A stretch of DNA of 64,000 nucleotides from Candidatus Calescibacterium sp. (lineage in GTDB: Bacteria; DRYD01). The stretch lies in contig JANXBF010000002.1 in NCBI GenBank assembly GCA_025057615.1, positions 16,654-80,653 on the forward strand, written 5' to 3'. Shown here piece after piece: positions 10,317 through 19,391 of this stretch. The notes below the pieces were generated by a model. That model searched no databases and was not told the DNA's origin. It saw only the letters and a list, made by a program, of their open reading frames with translations. The translations under genes and the position numbers were made by a program. Within the stretch, counting starts at the first letter, position 1; every line of letters begins with the position of its first letter.

Positions 10317-10318
10317 AA

Positions 10319-10798
10319 TTGAGGCGCTTATTAATTTTATTCGTTTTATTATTTTCACTGACTATTTCTGTGGGTCAGGAGTTACTAAAGATTAAAAATA
10401 TGACTTTATTTTATCCTTCATATTATATAAAAGTTGAGTTGTATAATCAGTATCAGACGGTTGTTCTTCTTGATTCAAGAAATCAAAACAGGAGCTTATA
10501 TGTTGAACTGTTGAGAACTGATATTAAGGATTATATAAAGCAAAACCTTTTGGATCTATATAGCCTTTATGAAGGGAAATATAAGGTGATTACAAATGAA
10601 GTTAGGAATTATAAGGGAAGAAATTTGTATGTTTTGGAGTACACTTTTGTTCAGCTTAATGAAGAGTATAAGACTGTAAAATACTTTTGGGAGTTTGAGA
10701 GTGGTTCTTATTTGGGTTTGTATTGTTTATCTCCTTTTGCTGAGTTTTCTCAAATTTATAGTGATTTTGTAAATCTTTTTCAATCAATTAAGGAGTGA
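10319..10798 (+). CDS. hypothetical exported protein (possibly PsbP/DcrB-like fold)
   Basis: Sec-type signal peptide MRRLLILFVLLFSLTISVG; beta-rich body with a terminal helix. Confidence 0.55.
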   Translation: MRRLLILFVLLFSLTISVGQELLKIKNMTLFYPSYYIKVELYNQYQTVVLLDSRNQNRSLYVELLRTDIKDYIKQNLLDLYSLYEGKYKVITNEVRNYKGRNLYVLEYTFVQLNEEYKTVKYFWEFESGSYLGLYCLSPFAEFSQIYSDFVNLFQSIKE

Positions 10799-10805
10799 GT
10801 ATATT

Positions 10806-12173
10806 ATGACAAATTATATTGAATTTTCTAAAGAGGACGTATGTAGTTTAGAAAGGAAAGATATTGATATTCCTGATTTTTCTGAATTGGAAGTTGTAAG
10901 ATATTTTACCAATTTGAGTAGGATAAATTGGGCTGTTGATGTTGGTTTTTATCCTCTGGGTTCCTGTACTATGAAGTATAATCCTAAGATTAATGATTTT
11001 ATAGCCAATAAGTTTAATGATTTTCATCCTTATTTGGATGATGCTCAACCAATTTTGGAATTATTGAAGAAGTTGGAGCATAGTATAGCTTATTTGGTTG
11101 GTTTGGATGCTGTGTCTCTTTTACCCGCTGCTGGTGCCCAAGGGGAATATACAGCTTTACTTATTGCAAAGAAATATTTTAATACAAAATCTGAGTTGAG
11201 AGATACTGTTTTGATCCCAGACAGTGCACATGGGACCAATCCTGCTTCTGCCTCTATGGCAGGTTTCAATGTTATTACAATAAAAAGTAATAATCAGGGT
11301 CAGATAGATATTGATGATTTGAAGAATAAACTTGGTTCTCATGTTGCAGTGTTTATGATTACTAATCCTAATACTTTGGGAATTTATGAAAAAAATATAG
11401 AAGATATTACAAGGTTGTGTAGAGATTATGGGGTTTTGACTTATTATGATGGAGCAAATTTCAATGCTATTATTGGTAAGTTAAGACCTGGGGATATGGG
11501 ATTTGACATGGTTCACTTGAATTTGCACAAGACTTTTTCTACTCCTCATGGTTCTGGAGGACCTGGTGCTGGACCTATTGCAGTTAGAGAGTTTTTGAAA
11601 AGGTTTCTCCCTGTTCCAGTGATCTCTTACAATGGTAAATACCGTTTGGATTTTGATTTGCCTGACAGTATTGGAATGATTAGAGATTTTTGGGGTAATA
11701 TTGGTGTATTGGTAAGAGCTTTGGCTTATATATTATCCTATGGTAAAGATATAAGAAAAGTTTCTGAGTTTGCTGTTCTAAACGCAAATTATTTGAGAAA
11801 GAGGCTTAAAGATTATTTTGTTGATCCTTATGACCAGGAGTTTTGTGCACATGAGTTTGTCTTGTCTGCTTCAAATTATAAACCTATTAAAGCAATGGAT
11901 ATAGCAAAAAGAATGTTGGATTATAATGTTCATTCTCCGACAACTTATTTTCCTCTTATTGTTGAGGAAGCTTTGATGATAGAACCGACGGAGACGGAAA
12001 CTATTCATACTTTGGACCATTTTGTTGAGGTTGTGAAATCAGTTGTTAACGATATTAATACAGATCCTTCTTTACTCACAGAGGCTCCATTTAATACTCC
12101 TGTTGGTAGAGTTAATGATGCTCTTGCTTCAAGGGAACCTAAGCCTACTAAAAAGAGTCTGAACAAAGAATAG
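10806..12173 (+). CDS. gcvPB: glycine dehydrogenase (decarboxylating) subunit 2
   Basis: YPLGSCTMKYNP, SAHGTNPASA, HLNLHKTFSTPHG and EPTETE motifs. Confidence 0.95.
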   Translation: MTNYIEFSKEDVCSLERKDIDIPDFSELEVVRYFTNLSRINWAVDVGFYPLGSCTMKYNPKINDFIANKFNDFHPYLDDAQPILELLKKLEHSIAYLVGLDAVSLLPAAGAQGEYTALLIAKKYFNTKSELRDTVLIPDSAHGTNPASASMAGFNVITIKSNNQGQIDIDDLKNKLGSHVAVFMITNPNTLGIYEKNIEDITRLCRDYGVLTYYDGANFNAIIGKLRPGDMGFDMVHLNLHKTFSTPHGSGGPGAGPIAVREFLKRFLPVPVISYNGKYRLDFDLPDSIGMIRDFWGNIGVLVRALAYILSYGKDIRKVSEFAVLNANYLRKRLKDYFVDPYDQEFCAHEFVLSASNYKPIKAMDIAKRMLDYNVHSPTTYFPLIVEEALMIEPTETETIHTLDHFVEVVKSVVNDINTDPSLLTEAPFNTPVGRVNDALASREPKPTKKSLNKE

Positions 12174-13657
12174 TGATTTTATCTGTTTTACTTTTTTATT
12201 TTTGTTTTTTTTTAACTTTTTATTTTGATTTCGAGTTCAATGGTTTCTTATTTTTATTTGCATCTTTTTTTCTCGTGAGGAAATTGTTTGAGTATCAGAT
12301 TGATTTGAAGAGGGTTTGGTTTTTCAGTTTGGGGCTCGGTTTTCTGTGTGTTCTATGGATGTGGTTTATTGTCAATTATGTTGGGTTTTTTTTCACTATA
12401 CTGGCAATGTCGTTATCAATTTTTATTTTGAGTATTTTTTTTAGTTTGATGTTTTTACCATTTATTTGGATGAAGGCGAAAAGAGGGATTTTGGTATATT
12501 CATTGATTTATGGACTATATTTTGTTTTGTGGAATTATCTTTTTTATATTTTTGATGATTTAGGTCTGAGTTTTTTACAGTTCTATTTTACACAGAGTAG
12601 TATTTACTTGTTTTATCCCTTGTTTTCTATACATCCGATTCTTGTCAATTTTGTTATGGTATTGTTGGTGTTTTACTTTGTTTATTTGGCATTTTTTAAA
12701 AATGTGAAAATGGTTTATTGGATTTTAGGAGTTCTTGTTTTATCAAATTTGATTGCTAAGTTTTACTATGACTTTCTTTCTGGTATGATTTTGGGATATT
12801 TGAATGATAAGTTGAATAGAGAGAATGTTTTTTTATTTTTTATTTCTACAGATACTGTTGCCCAGCCTCCAGATTATAGAATTAGGAACGAGAATATGAC
12901 TTTTTATAAGTTATCCGTTGCTCTAGCATCAGCTTATTCCACTAAAAGGAATAATAAATCAATTTTTATTTTTTTCTTACCAGAGGGATCTTTGAGTAAG
13001 GATGAAAGGTATACGTTTAATTTGAATAATCCAAATTTAAGTTATTCAATAACTAATTTGAAATATAACATGAATAATTTGATTGGTAATCGGGATTTTT
13101 TTTCTATTTTTGGAAATAGCTTTCTTTTTTTTAATCCGACTTCTGTAGATTATGAAATAAAGAAGATATTTAATAGTGTTGTTTTATTAAGTTTTAATGA
13201 TATAAATAACTTGAGAATTATTGATTATCAGATATACAGTAAACGTTTTTTGGTTCCATTTACTGAGGTTACACCTGGTTTTTTCAAATCCATTTCCAAA
13301 TTTTTATCCAAATGGATAGTTCTTTACAAGTATCTCGATTATAGTGAAGGTAAAGATTATTTTAAAGAATTTGCTATTAGGGATATAAAATTCGTTCCAC
13401 TTATATGTTTTGAAAGTTTTAAACACATATATCCTATATCGATTTATTCTAATGTTGATTTTTTAGTGGTTTCTTCCAATGATAGTTGGTTTAAAAATAA
13501 CCCGATGTTGTTTTTACATTTGAAAAGTGTTAGAGTTCTCTCTGTTGTTAAGAGAAAACCTGTTATTTTCTTAGCTAATGGTTATGAAAATAGGATCTTT
13601 ATTTTCAGTGATAAGACTAGGAATATAAGAAATACAATTCATATAATTAGTTTTTAG
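12173..13657 (+). CDS. lnt: apolipoprotein N-acyltransferase (divergent)
   Basis: Multi-TM N-terminus plus CN-hydrolase triad motifs LPEG, YSKRFLVPF, LICFE, and SNDSWF. Confidence 0.8.
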   Translation: MILSVLLFYFCFFLTFYFDFEFNGFLFLFASFFLVRKLFEYQIDLKRVWFFSLGLGFLCVLWMWFIVNYVGFFFTILAMSLSIFILSIFFSLMFLPFIWMKAKRGILVYSLIYGLYFVLWNYLFYIFDDLGLSFLQFYFTQSSIYLFYPLFSIHPILVNFVMVLLVFYFVYLAFFKNVKMVYWILGVLVLSNLIAKFYYDFLSGMILGYLNDKLNRENVFLFFISTDTVAQPPDYRIRNENMTFYKLSVALASAYSTKRNNKSIFIFFLPEGSLSKDERYTFNLNNPNLSYSITNLKYNMNNLIGNRDFFSIFGNSFLFFNPTSVDYEIKKIFNSVVLLSFNDINNLRIIDYQIYSKRFLVPFTEVTPGFFKSISKFLSKWIVLYKYLDYSEGKDYFKEFAIRDIKFVPLICFESFKHIYPISIYSNVDFLVVSSNDSWFKNNPMLFLHLKSVRVLSVVKRKPVIFLANGYENRIFIFSDKTRNIRNTIHIISF

Positions 13658-13684
13658 ATTGAGGTAATTTTTTATATATTATCT

Positions 13685-13705
13685 TTTTTACATTTTTTTT
13701 ACAAA
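13685..13705 (+). promoter_or_regulatory. TTTACA-N5-TTTACA direct repeat (OmpR/PhoP/WalR-type operator candidate)
   Basis: TTTTTACATTTTTTTTACAAA, identical to 59854-59874; about 70 bp upstream of the clostripain ATG. Confidence 0.5.
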
Positions 13706-13774
13706 TGAACCTCTTTATTTGTGTAAAAGTGATCAAAAAGAACGTTAAAATAATCATTAAGGAGGTAAATAATC

Positions 13775-15343
13775 ATGGCAAATATAAATAACAAGATTGT
13801 ATATCCTGGAGTAAATCCGTTTATACCATTTTCTTCTGAGCCTGTTGTCTGGAATAAGGATGTTCCTGTTGACTACGATGTAAAATTGGATGATAGTTAT
13901 AATGTTGAGCAGAGCGTGGGAGAGGAGGGGAAAAGGAAGAAATGGTTGGTTATACATTATGGAGCAGGAGATAATAACTTGGCAAAGATGATATTTTCTG
14001 ATACTGATGAATTAGAAAAAGTTGGTTCTGACATTAATACACATATTGTCTCCATACTTGATGTTGGTAAGCAATGGGGTGTTCCGTTTAAAGGTGCCAG
14101 AATTTTTTACTTGAAGAAGGACGATGTTTCTGGTAAGATAAACTCACCTGTTTTAAAGAACTTGGGACAGGTAAATACTGCTGACCCTGCATTTATGGCA
14201 AGTGTATTGAAAGAGATTATAAAGAGGTTCCCTGCTGATAACATCGCTATATTTATAGGTGATCACGGGGCTGGCTGGGAAGGTGCTATTGAAGATGATA
14301 GTTCTAATGGAAAGTTTATGAAAATAGGAGAGATAAGAGAGGCCTTAGAAAGTGTTGCTCAAAGTTTGGGTAAGAAAATAGATGTTTTGGCTTTTGATGC
14401 TTGTTTAATGGCAATGGCAGAAGTTGGGTATGAATTGAAGAATGCTGTTAAATATATGGTTGCAAGTGAGCAATTGGAAGGTGGGGGTGGATATAACTAC
14501 ACTATACTTTTCTCTAAGGCAATGGCTGATGCTATTAAAAATCTTCAACAGGCAAATTTGGTAAAGATAAAGGTTGGTCCTGAAGAGTTTGCCAAACTTA
14601 TAGTTAATGCTGCTAAAGAATATAGTAGAGATATAGAAACAATATCAGCAGTTGATTTGGAAAAAGTTTCCGATTTAGCAAATTCTATAAACCTATTTGC
14701 TGAGACTGTTATATCTAAAGCCAAGGAATCACAAATCTATGAAGCACTTAGTAATTATCAAAAATTGACAGAGGAATTGAAATCTTTAAAATCGCAGAAG
14801 ACTGAAGTTGATTATGATAAAGTCATAGAAATTTTGAAGAACTATAATAATTTGATGCAAACTTTAGCTAATATTCTTGGAAGTGGTTCTAAGAGCGATC
14901 TAGATTTAGAGAAACAGTTGTCTCAATTGAAGGAGTTCGACGCTAAACTGAATCAATTCTTATCTGCTTATTCCGCACTCAGTTTGTCTTCTAAGGTTCA
15001 AGATTTATTTGCTGAGCTCAATAATACCGATGCTAAAAAAATAAGAGAAAAAATAACTAAGACTCAGGGATTCTATGGTTCTTTCAGAGATCTGAAACAT
15101 TTTATGCAGCTAATAGCTGAGGATAATACAATAAGTTTGGATGTTAGAGAAAAAGCAAAGGAAGTTATCAAATCTCTGGATCAATATGTTATAGCGGAGT
15201 TTCATGTTGAAAAGTATCCAAATGCAAATGGTGTAACAATAGAGCTTCCTTCATATGGTGGTGTCAAATCAGATTATAAGGATACCATGTTTGCAAAAGA
15301 TACGAAATGGGATGAAATGTTGGATAAATTAAACAAGGTTTAA
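13775..15343 (+). CDS. clostripain-family (C11) cysteine peptidase
   Basis: YGAGDNNL, DHGAGW (catalytic His), FDACLMA (catalytic Cys), EVGYEL and ASEQ motifs; AAGGAGG RBS. Confidence 0.88.
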   Translation: MANINNKIVYPGVNPFIPFSSEPVVWNKDVPVDYDVKLDDSYNVEQSVGEEGKRKKWLVIHYGAGDNNLAKMIFSDTDELEKVGSDINTHIVSILDVGKQWGVPFKGARIFYLKKDDVSGKINSPVLKNLGQVNTADPAFMASVLKEIIKRFPADNIAIFIGDHGAGWEGAIEDDSSNGKFMKIGEIREALESVAQSLGKKIDVLAFDACLMAMAEVGYELKNAVKYMVASEQLEGGGGYNYTILFSKAMADAIKNLQQANLVKIKVGPEEFAKLIVNAAKEYSRDIETISAVDLEKVSDLANSINLFAETVISKAKESQIYEALSNYQKLTEELKSLKSQKTEVDYDKVIEILKNYNNLMQTLANILGSGSKSDLDLEKQLSQLKEFDAKLNQFLSAYSALSLSSKVQDLFAELNNTDAKKIREKITKTQGFYGSFRDLKHFMQLIAEDNTISLDVREKAKEVIKSLDQYVIAEFHVEKYPNANGVTIELPSYGGVKSDYKDTMFAKDTKWDEMLDKLNKV

Positions 15344-15360
15344 GATTAAACAAGGTTTAA
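15328..15360. repeat. tandem duplication of a 16-bp unit containing a palindrome, at the gene end
   Basis: ATTAAACAAGGTTTAA-G-ATTAAACAAGGTTTAA. Confidence 0.85.
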
Positions 15361-15383
15361 ATTGGGTTTTCATAGTCATTACC

Positions 15384-15412
15384 AAAGGGAGGTTGTAAAT
15401 TACCTCCCTTTT
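15384..15412 (+). terminator. intrinsic terminator hairpin
   Basis: AAAGGGAGGT-TGTAAATT-ACCTCCCTTTT downstream of the clostripain stop. Confidence 0.75.
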
Positions 15413-15455
15413 GGATTATGTAAAAAATAATTTAATTATAAAGGAGGTAGTTTTA

Positions 15456-16412
15456 ATGAGAGTTTCTATTGTTGGTATTAATGGTTTGGTTGGTAAAGAA
15501 TTAGAAAAATTGATAAAAGATAATACTAATTGGGATATTGAGGGTTTTGGTTCGTCTGATAAAATAGATTACGAAAAAATGAGAAAAAAGGATATTGTAT
15601 TTTTATGTGTTGACAATGATGTTAGTGCTTCTATAGCTCCACATATATATGATTACACTACTGTTATAGATAATAGTTCTTATTACAGGATGGATAGTGA
15701 TGTGCCTCTTGTGGTTCCAGAAGTGAACATGGTTTATGATTGGGATAGTAGGAAATCAAAGAGAATAATTGCTAATCCTAATTGTTCAACCATTCAGCTT
15801 GTTATACCTTTGAAGCCAATTTTTGATAGTTACGGTATTGAGGAGGTTTTCGTTGCGACGTATCAATCAGTTTCCGGAGCGGGTAAGAAAGCTCTTGATG
15901 AGTTTAAGGATCAAATAAAGAGTAATCACTTTGAGAATAAATATTTGCCATATCCAATTGCATATAATTTGTTTCCTGTTATTGGAAATTTTTTTGAGGA
16001 TAATATAGAAAACATTGTCTGTACTGAAGAAAAAAAGATTATGGAGGAAACGAATAAAATATTAAACTCTGATATAAATGTTCATCCTTTTACGGTAAGG
16101 GTTCCTGTTATAAGAGCTCATAGTCAGGCTGTTTTTGTAAGAACTAAGAGGGATTTTGAATATGAGCAACTTATTGGTTTACTTGATGAATTTGCAAGGT
16201 CGGGTGGTTTGAAAGTCTGGGTGGATAACAGTGTTTTACCACAACCATATACTGTTTCAAATACAAATGAAGTTCATATTTCAAGAATAAGGAAGCTTGG
16301 TAGTAAATTAATCGGTTTTTGGAGTGTTTCTGATAATTTACTTCGTGGTGCTGCTTATAACGCTTTCCTGATTGCAAAGAAAATATTACAGAACAAAGTT
16401 GCTACTAAATGA
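15456..16412 (+). CDS. asd: aspartate-semialdehyde dehydrogenase
   Basis: IDNSSYYRM, ANPNCSTIQL, TYQSVSGAG, VRVPV and DNLLRGAAYN motifs; start set at the ATG after AAGGAGG. Confidence 0.93.
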   Translation: MRVSIVGINGLVGKELEKLIKDNTNWDIEGFGSSDKIDYEKMRKKDIVFLCVDNDVSASIAPHIYDYTTVIDNSSYYRMDSDVPLVVPEVNMVYDWDSRKSKRIIANPNCSTIQLVIPLKPIFDSYGIEEVFVATYQSVSGAGKKALDEFKDQIKSNHFENKYLPYPIAYNLFPVIGNFFEDNIENIVCTEEKKIMEETNKILNSDINVHPFTVRVPVIRAHSQAVFVRTKRDFEYEQLIGLLDEFARSGGLKVWVDNSVLPQPYTVSNTNEVHISRIRKLGSKLIGFWSVSDNLLRGAAYNAFLIAKKILQNKVATK

Positions 16413-16510
16413 AATGCTTTTAATAAAATTTTTTAATGAAATTTTTAAGTTAGGTTTTTACTTATAAAAGAAAGGATAGTTATCTTTTTTGTTGAAAAAA
16501 CTTTTATAGA

Positions 16511-17671
16511 ATGAAGAACATTTGTATATTGGGTTCTACTGGTTCGATAGGTTTCCAATCTATGGATGTAATATCCAAGTATCCGGAAATTTTGAGGGTT
16601 TATTCTATTGCTGCTTATGGAAGAAACCCGAATAGTATAATTGCTCAGATAAAGAGGTATAACCCGAAATATGTTGCTGTTTTTGATGAGCAAACTGCAA
16701 AGAAAATATCCAGTGAGGTTAATGTTAAAATTTTTACTGGTATGGATGGTTTAATGAAATTGGTTGAAGATGATAATGTGGATTTAGTTATCAGTGCTAT
16801 GGTTGGATTTGTTGGATTAAAACCAACACTTTATGCTTTAGAAAAAGGTAAATATGTTGCCTTGGCTAACAAAGAATCTGTTGTTGTTGGTGGACCTTTA
16901 ATACAGAAGTATATAGATAAAATCATTCCTGTTGATAGTGAACATAGTGCAATATTTCAGCTTATAGAAAATAAGAATAAAAGCGATATAAAAGAGATTG
17001 TAATTACTGCTTCTGGTGGACCGTTTTGGAAAAAAAAGGAGAGTCAACTTAAAAATGTTAGAATTGAGGATGCTCTTAAGCATCCTGTTTGGAAAATGGG
17101 AAACAAAATAACTATTGATAGTGCAACTTTGATGAATAAGGCTCTTGAGATAATAGAGGCATACTTTTTATTTTCTCTTCCTTATGATAAAATAAAGGCT
17201 GTAATTCATCCACAGAGTTATATTCATTCACTCGTAATTTTTAATGATAATAATGTTTTTGCTCATATTGCAAAGCCTGATATGAGGATACCTATTACTT
17301 ATGCTCTATTCTATCCCCATAGAGTTGAGAACCAGTTCTCAGAATTCAGCTTTGCTGATTTATATAATAAGAGGTTGGAGTTTTATGAAATACCTTCTCA
17401 TTTCAGGTCTATAAAATTTGCTTATTCTGTTTTATCAAATGGAGGTGTTTTTCCAACTATTATGAACGCTTCAAATGAAGTCGCAGTGGATTTATTTATT
17501 CAAAGAAAAATAGGGTTTACTGATATTTTTAATATAGTTGAAGATACTTTATGTTGTTATGGTGGTCCTAATTATGATGATTTGAATTTGGAAATACTTG
17601 AGCAGGTTGACTCGTGGGCCAGAAGGACAGCTGTTGATTTGGCTAAGAAATCAAAAATATTTATAAACTGA
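16511..17671 (+). CDS. dxr: 1-deoxy-D-xylulose 5-phosphate reductoisomerase
   Basis: LGSTGSIG, LANKES, PVDSEHSAIFQ, TASGGPF and TIDSATLMNK motifs. Confidence 0.97.
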   Translation: MKNICILGSTGSIGFQSMDVISKYPEILRVYSIAAYGRNPNSIIAQIKRYNPKYVAVFDEQTAKKISSEVNVKIFTGMDGLMKLVEDDNVDLVISAMVGFVGLKPTLYALEKGKYVALANKESVVVGGPLIQKYIDKIIPVDSEHSAIFQLIENKNKSDIKEIVITASGGPFWKKKESQLKNVRIEDALKHPVWKMGNKITIDSATLMNKALEIIEAYFLFSLPYDKIKAVIHPQSYIHSLVIFNDNNVFAHIAKPDMRIPITYALFYPHRVENQFSEFSFADLYNKRLEFYEIPSHFRSIKFAYSVLSNGGVFPTIMNASNEVAVDLFIQRKIGFTDIFNIVEDTLCCYGGPNYDDLNLEILEQVDSWARRTAVDLAKKSKIFIN

Positions 17672-18336
17672 TGGCAAAGATAATTTCCCCGGCTGCTATT
17701 AGTACTAGAAAATTAGAAATTCAACGTAAGAACAAGTTAATAATAATTTATATCACTGCTTTTGTTTTGTTAATTATTATCATTTTTTTTATTGTAAAAT
17801 CTAATGTTTGGGCAGTCATTTTTGTTGCTTTTGTGTTGTCTTTTTTTTTATATAACATAATAATTTTTTCTAAGAAGATTAATGATGCCAAGATAGGTGC
17901 TAAAGCAGAAAAATATTTATCAGATTTTTTGGATACTCATCTTTCTCCAGCTTATTGGGTTGTTAATGATGTGAAAATTAAATATGGTAATATAGATTGT
18001 TTAGTTATTGATACAATCAAGAATTGTATTTTTCTATTAGAGATAAAGTCTTCAAAGAGGTTTGATTCTTCTAAGGTTTCTAAGTGGATAAAGCAGTGTA
18101 AATTGAGTGAAAAATTATTAAAAAGTATTGTTTTCAGAGTTTTGGGGCAAGAAGTTCCTATTTTTACTATTGTCTCTTTACCTTTTTTGGATAATCAGGA
18201 TTATTCTTATCATTTTGAAAATTCTAATGTTTGGATGTTTGGAAACAGAAAGTTATTGGAATTTATAGACAGTGTTCCTAAAAATAACAGCAAGGTAGAT
18301 TGGTATAAATTTATAGATGATATTTGCAGTAAATAA
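17671..18336 (+). CDS. membrane-anchored NERD (PD-(D/E)xK nuclease-related) domain protein
   Basis: Two TM helices followed by GAKAE...NDV...NIDCLVID...LEIKS. Confidence 0.7.
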   Translation: MAKIISPAAISTRKLEIQRKNKLIIIYITAFVLLIIIIFFIVKSNVWAVIFVAFVLSFFLYNIIIFSKKINDAKIGAKAEKYLSDFLDTHLSPAYWVVNDVKIKYGNIDCLVIDTIKNCIFLLEIKSSKRFDSSKVSKWIKQCKLSEKLLKSIVFRVLGQEVPIFTIVSLPFLDNQDYSYHFENSNVWMFGNRKLLEFIDSVPKNNSKVDWYKFIDDICSK

Positions 18337-18766
18337 GAAGCTCAGAGATTTACAAATATTAGAAACTTTTGAGGCTGGAGTTTCTCTTATTGGTCCTGAA
18401 GTAAAAGCTATTAGAAATAAGAATTTATCAATAAGTGAAGCTTTTATTAAAATAAAGAATGGAGAAGTATTCATAATAAATATGAATATTATACCTATTT
18501 CTCAAAATTCCTTTTTTGGAAGGTTTAATCCTGTTAGATCTAGAAAATTATTATTAAAGAAGAGTGAAATAAAAAGGTTAATTGGTAAAGTGGAGGAAAA
18601 AGGGTTAACCATAGTTCCTACAAAGGTTTATCAAAAAGGGAAGTGGATAAAAGTGGAGATTGCTATTGCTAAACATAAAACTCAATACGATAAGCGCCAA
18701 GAAATAAGGAAGAAGGAAGTCGATAGAAAAATTCAAGAAATAATGAAAAGGAGGGGATTAAGATAG
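18317..18766 (+). CDS. smpB: SsrA-binding protein
   Basis: FEAGVSLIGPEVKAIR, RSRKLLLKKSEI, YDKRQEI. Confidence 0.93.
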   Translation: MIFAVNKKLRDLQILETFEAGVSLIGPEVKAIRNKNLSISEAFIKIKNGEVFIINMNIIPISQNSFFGRFNPVRSRKLLLKKSEIKRLIGKVEEKGLTIVPTKVYQKGKWIKVEIAIAKHKTQYDKRQEIRKKEVDRKIQEIMKRRGLR

Positions 18767-19389
18767 TGTCTAAAGGTTTACTTTCTATTTTCCCTAAACA
18801 TGTCGATTTTTTTAGATACCTCTGTGAATGTTCTGAAATACTTATTGAAGTATGTAAAGAATTAAAGGTTTTATATGATGACCCTAAGGAGGAAATTTTT
18901 AACAAGATAATTGAACTTGAGCATAGAGCAGATAAGTTGGTTTATGAATACAGACATAAGCTAAATGAGGTATTTATAACACCTCTTGATCGTGAAGATC
19001 TTCATCAGTTGATTATAGAACTTGATGATATAATAGATTTTGCTAAATCTTCTGCAGAGAAGTATTTTCTTTATAAACCAAAAGGTAAATATGATTTTAT
19101 AGACCAGATACTGGAGGTTTTAATGAAGTCTGCTCAAAAAGTTAAGGATTTGATGAAAATTCTGAAAAATCAGAATAACGAGATAATAAAAATAGTGAAT
19201 GAAATATGTGACTTGGAAAAGCAAGCTGATGTTATAAATAGGAGAGGTATTGCTAACCTCTTTAATAATGGACAAGATATTCTTGAAATAATCAAAGTGA
19301 AAGAAATCCTGTCTCAATTGGAAGAAACTATTGATAGAACGCAAATGCTTGCTATAACTATTGAAAATAGTATTTTTAAACATATATAG
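18766..19389 (+). CDS. DUF47 / PhoU-like phosphate transport regulator
   Basis: LEHRAD, FITPLDREDL, LDDIID and EKQAD motifs; adjacent to pit. Confidence 0.9.
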   Translation: MSKGLLSIFPKHVDFFRYLCECSEILIEVCKELKVLYDDPKEEIFNKIIELEHRADKLVYEYRHKLNEVFITPLDREDLHQLIIELDDIIDFAKSSAEKYFLYKPKGKYDFIDQILEVLMKSAQKVKDLMKILKNQNNEIIKIVNEICDLEKQADVINRRGIANLFNNGQDILEIIKVKEILSQLEETIDRTQMLAITIENSIFKHI

Positions 19390-19391
19390 TT

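Noticed and set aside
16463-16508. Nested AU-rich inverted repeats upstream of dxr (riboswitch or thermometer?)
   Set aside because: The pairing is almost entirely A-U in a very AT-rich background, with no recognisable riboswitch consensus.
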